Assembly: GCF_009914755.1 (NCBI RefSeq)
Contig: NC_060931.1
Source of the DNA: the human T2T-CHM13v2.0 reference genome, Homo sapiens
DNA: 64,000 nt
Strand: one strand, 5' to 3'
Positions 60,268-64,000 of this stretch are shown here, piece after piece. The notes under the pieces are model-generated. The model saw nothing but the letters and a program-made list of their open reading frames with translations, had not been told where the DNA came from and made no database searches. The number at the start of each line of letters is the position of its first letter. The first letter of the stretch is position 1. Position numbers and translations under genes: made by a program.

Positions 60268-61577
60268 GACCTGGCTTTTTCTTTGGGCTCTGTCGTTTAC
60301 TCAGTGGGTGACTTTGGGCATTACTCAACTTCTATATGCCTCAGTTTTCTTTAAATATTTATTTATTTTAATGATTTATATTTCATTTATTTCATATACG
60401 AGTGAGATAGTACATGCATAAAGAACTTTAAAATGATGGAAATTTTTTTTTTAAGATGGTAAGATGTTTGCTGGAAAATGTGGAAAATGTGGTGAAGGGG
60501 TAGGTACTTTAGGCAGAAGTAGTAACTGGCATAGAAATGGTAAGTGTGAAACTGCTGGGGAAATATGAGAAACTCAGGTTGTATGCATGGCCAGAGGATA
60601 GAGTGCAGATGAGAGATAGTGAGATGAGAATGGGGAATCTAAGAGTCAGTTTTGGAATGCCTGTATGCCATGTTGGGGAGTTTGATCTATATTCAAATTG
60701 TAGCACCATATACTATGATGCCAGCTACTGGAAGTGGAGCAGATAGACTCATACCAGCAGGAGAGGATTCTGCTGATCCTGAGTATCAATATCCTTCTGG
60801 GCAATGGAGCCCAGCATGATCCGGGATGTAGATACGCCTGTATACATCTACAGTTGACAAATGTAGGGGAGATCAGTCCCATGGTGGAGCTTTAGTTTAG
60901 AAGATAGCAGTCTTCAGGTCCAAGCCACATTTAACACAACCTACCAAAAATCATACATCGTGTGATTTTTTGGGATCTTGCCCACCATAACTGTTCAACC
61001 TTTGTCTTATACCCTGTTAGTCAGAACTCTGGGCCTCAGCTTCTGGTAAACTCAAATTCTGATAATAATCAAGCTATGGATGACCAATGAATGAGCACTG
61101 TAAAAGCTATACTGTGCTTCAGGTTACCAGAAATCAGCTACTTCAGTATATGGATATGTGTGGGCATCTTGGGGAGCTATATTGAACTACAACTGGGCTA
61201 AGCTAACCTGCTCTGAGCTCTGTTTTTGGCCATTTAGGATCATAAAACTTGTTTTAAAGAGGCGTTCTGTGATAAGATTCAGTTCCTATTTCCTGAGAGC
61301 TCCATTTCACTTATTCTCAAATTGTCACTAAAGTAGGGGGAAGCCAGGACCTACCTAACCTCAGGGATACTCTTGTACAGGAGCAAACACAGTAAGGCAA
61401 GATGCTCTTTTATACTCTACCATCCTCTTACACAGGCACTCAATGACATCATGGCTTTGAAAAAGTGACCTTCGTCCTGAAGATATTTATGAGCTATAAT
61501 TAGGACTTATTTAAATTAGGGGATTCTCCTAGAGATAATGCTTACTGTGTGATCTTTAAGCTCAGGGAAGTATTTTT

Positions 61578-61882
61578 TTTTTTTTTTTTTTTTTTTTTTG
61601 GAGACAGAGTCTTGGTCTGTCACCTGGGCTGGAGTGCGGTGGCGCGATCTCGGCTCACTGCAAACTCTGTCTCCTGGGTTTAGGCCATTCTCCTGCCTCA
61701 GCCTCCTGAGTAGCTGGGACTACAGTCACCTGCCACCATGCCCGGCTAATTTTTTTGTATTTTTAGTGTAGACAGGATTTCACTGTGTTAGCCAGGATGG
61801 TCTCGATCTCCTGACCTCGTGATCCGCCCGCCTCGGCCTCCCAAAGTGCTGGGATTACAGGTGTGAGTCACCGTGCCCGGCA
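61578..61882 (-). mobile_element. AluY with 16-bp TSD
   Basis: Y-type gccattctcc and ttagccaggatggtctcgatctcctgacctcgtgatccg; TSD tcagggaagtattttt at 61562-61577 and 61883-61898. Confidence 0.93.
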
Positions 61883-62218
61883 TCAGGGAAGTATTTTTAT
61901 GCAAACTTTAGTACAAGTACAATTAAATATGGACTGTTTTTTTTTTCAGTGACTCAGAAACTTATGCATAGAAAAGAAGATGCCTTAAATTGACGTTGAT
62001 GTTTCCTTTAGGCTGGGCTTCACAGTCCTGATGTAGAGTCACCACAGCTCAGTTTGTTTTCTGAGACCTGAAGATTCAGACTTCATTTATTATCAAATAT
62101 TTCATGAGTGCCAGCTGTGCAAGGCATTATGCTAAGCACCAGGGGAAAAGAATCACAATTTAACTTACTATTTTACAGAAAAATATGAGATTTATTAACA
62201 AACAAAAATGCCAAGCTA

Positions 62219-62529
<311 letters not shown>

Positions 62530-62704
62530 GGCAAGCTATGTATTTGCGATGAGAGATTTGCTTCAAAGCCAGCAACACATGACGTCTCTTTACCACGGCA
62601 TACTTTTCAGGTATTAAGGAACTCATGGAGAGCCAAATTAATAATCAGGATATTGATGATAAAGATGAGATTTAAAGACCATGGAAGTTATTTTTAAAAA
62701 CATG

Positions 62705-64000
62705 TTTTTATTTTTAAATGTGAAATAATTTGATTCACAGAATATCCTGAAAGTGGTTAGAGAGGTCTCGTGGACTTCTCACTTGATTTCCCTCAATAAT
62801 TACATCTTATATAATTATAGTATAACAGCAAAACAAGGAATCTGGCATAGTTACAATGTGTGTGTATATAGAGTTGTATGTCATTTTAATACATGTGTAG
62901 ATTTCTGTAACCATGACCACAATCAAAACACGGAGCTGTTCCATCAGGGCAAAGATCTCCTTCATGCTACCCCTTGAGAGCCACACCCACACCCACCCTC
63001 ATTCCTGATCCACGGCCATCATTAATTTGTCTTCCAGCTTTATAATTGTATCAATTCAAGGATGTTATATGAATGGAATCATACACTATGTGACCTTTTT
63101 ACAAAAACAGCTTTATTGGGGTATTCACATACTGTAAAATTACCTTTTTATTAAAGTAGATAATCCACGGATTTTAGCACATTCACAGAATTGTGTAACC
63201 ATCACCACCATCTAATTTCAGGACATTTTCATAACTGCTAAAAGAAACACCATTGGCAGTCGCACCCTTCTTCCCTCCCCTTATCGCTGGTAACCTAATC
63301 TACTTTCTGTTTTTATGAATTTGCCTATTCTGAACATTTTATGTAAACAGAATTATTGAAAATGTGTACTTTTATGAGTGTCTTCTTTGACTTAGAACAA
63401 TGTTTTCAGTGTTCTTCCATGTTGTAGCATGTATCAGTACTTCATTCCTTTATATGGCTGAATAATATTCTGTTGTGTGGGTATACCACATTTTACTCAG
63501 CCATTTATCTGTTATAGGCATTTGTATTGTATCCAAATTTGGGCTACTATGAATAGTATGTCTATGTAAATTCATGTAGTCTTTTGTATGAGCATATGGT
63601 TTTCCAATGTTCTGAGTATGTACCTAAGAGTGGAATTACTGGGGCATATGATAACTCTATGTTGAACATTTTAAACAATGGCCAAAATATTTTCCAACGT
63701 GGCTGCGCCATTTTCCAAATCCACCAGCAATGTGTGAGGCTTTGAATTTCTTCATAACTTTGCCAACACTTCTTTATTTTTTTCCATCCCTCTCTTCCTT
63801 CTTCCCTTTCTTCTTTCTTCTTTTCATTTCTTTTTAATATAGCCATACTGGTGTATATGAAGTTGTATCTCACTGTAGTTTTTATTTGCATTACACTAAT
63901 GACAATGATGTTGAAAATCTTTTAAGGTATTATTGACGCGTTGTCTGCTTTGAAAAAAAGTCTATTCAAATCTTTTGTCCTTTTAAAAATTTGGTTATTT
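62705..64000 (-). mobile_element. Two adjacent or nested old L1M 3' ends (MC/MB-type)
   Basis: Antisense 3' UTRs begin at ~62705 and ~63105; ORF 63562..63891 (MQIKTTVRY...ELSYAPVIPLLG) is a decayed L1 ORF2p C-terminus. Confidence 0.8.

Noticed and set aside
63562-63891. 109-aa ORF
   Set aside because: Decayed L1 ORF2p C-terminus plus a simple purine tract.

Overview
This is AT-rich, CpG-depleted, repeat-dense primate genomic DNA, most likely human, not microbial. The whole window lies inside the + strand gene SUGCT (C7orf10, succinyl-CoA:glutarate CoA-transferase, CaiB/BaiF CoA-transferase family III). Two short phase-compatible coding exons are visible: 6873-6970 ([33 protein letters not shown]) and 44048-44150 ([34 protein letters not shown]), separated by a ~37 kb intron. 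The rest is intron filled with Alu (J, S, Y), L1, L2, MIR, Tigger/MER47/MER33/MER5 DNA transposon relics, a MaLR LTR and microsatellites. Nearly all ORFs in the supplied track are repeat-derived or chance ORFs. I found no evidence of a novel gene system. The most noteworthy observations are local: a 189-bp templated copy inserted 1.4 kb from its source, a palindromic-core minisatellite just after the second exon, a tailless Alu fragment with a CpG-decayed target-site duplication (TSD), two candidate enhancers, and a probable disease-associated CpG in the split Arg codon. Repeat subfamily calls and boundaries come from recalled consensus sequences and are approximate.
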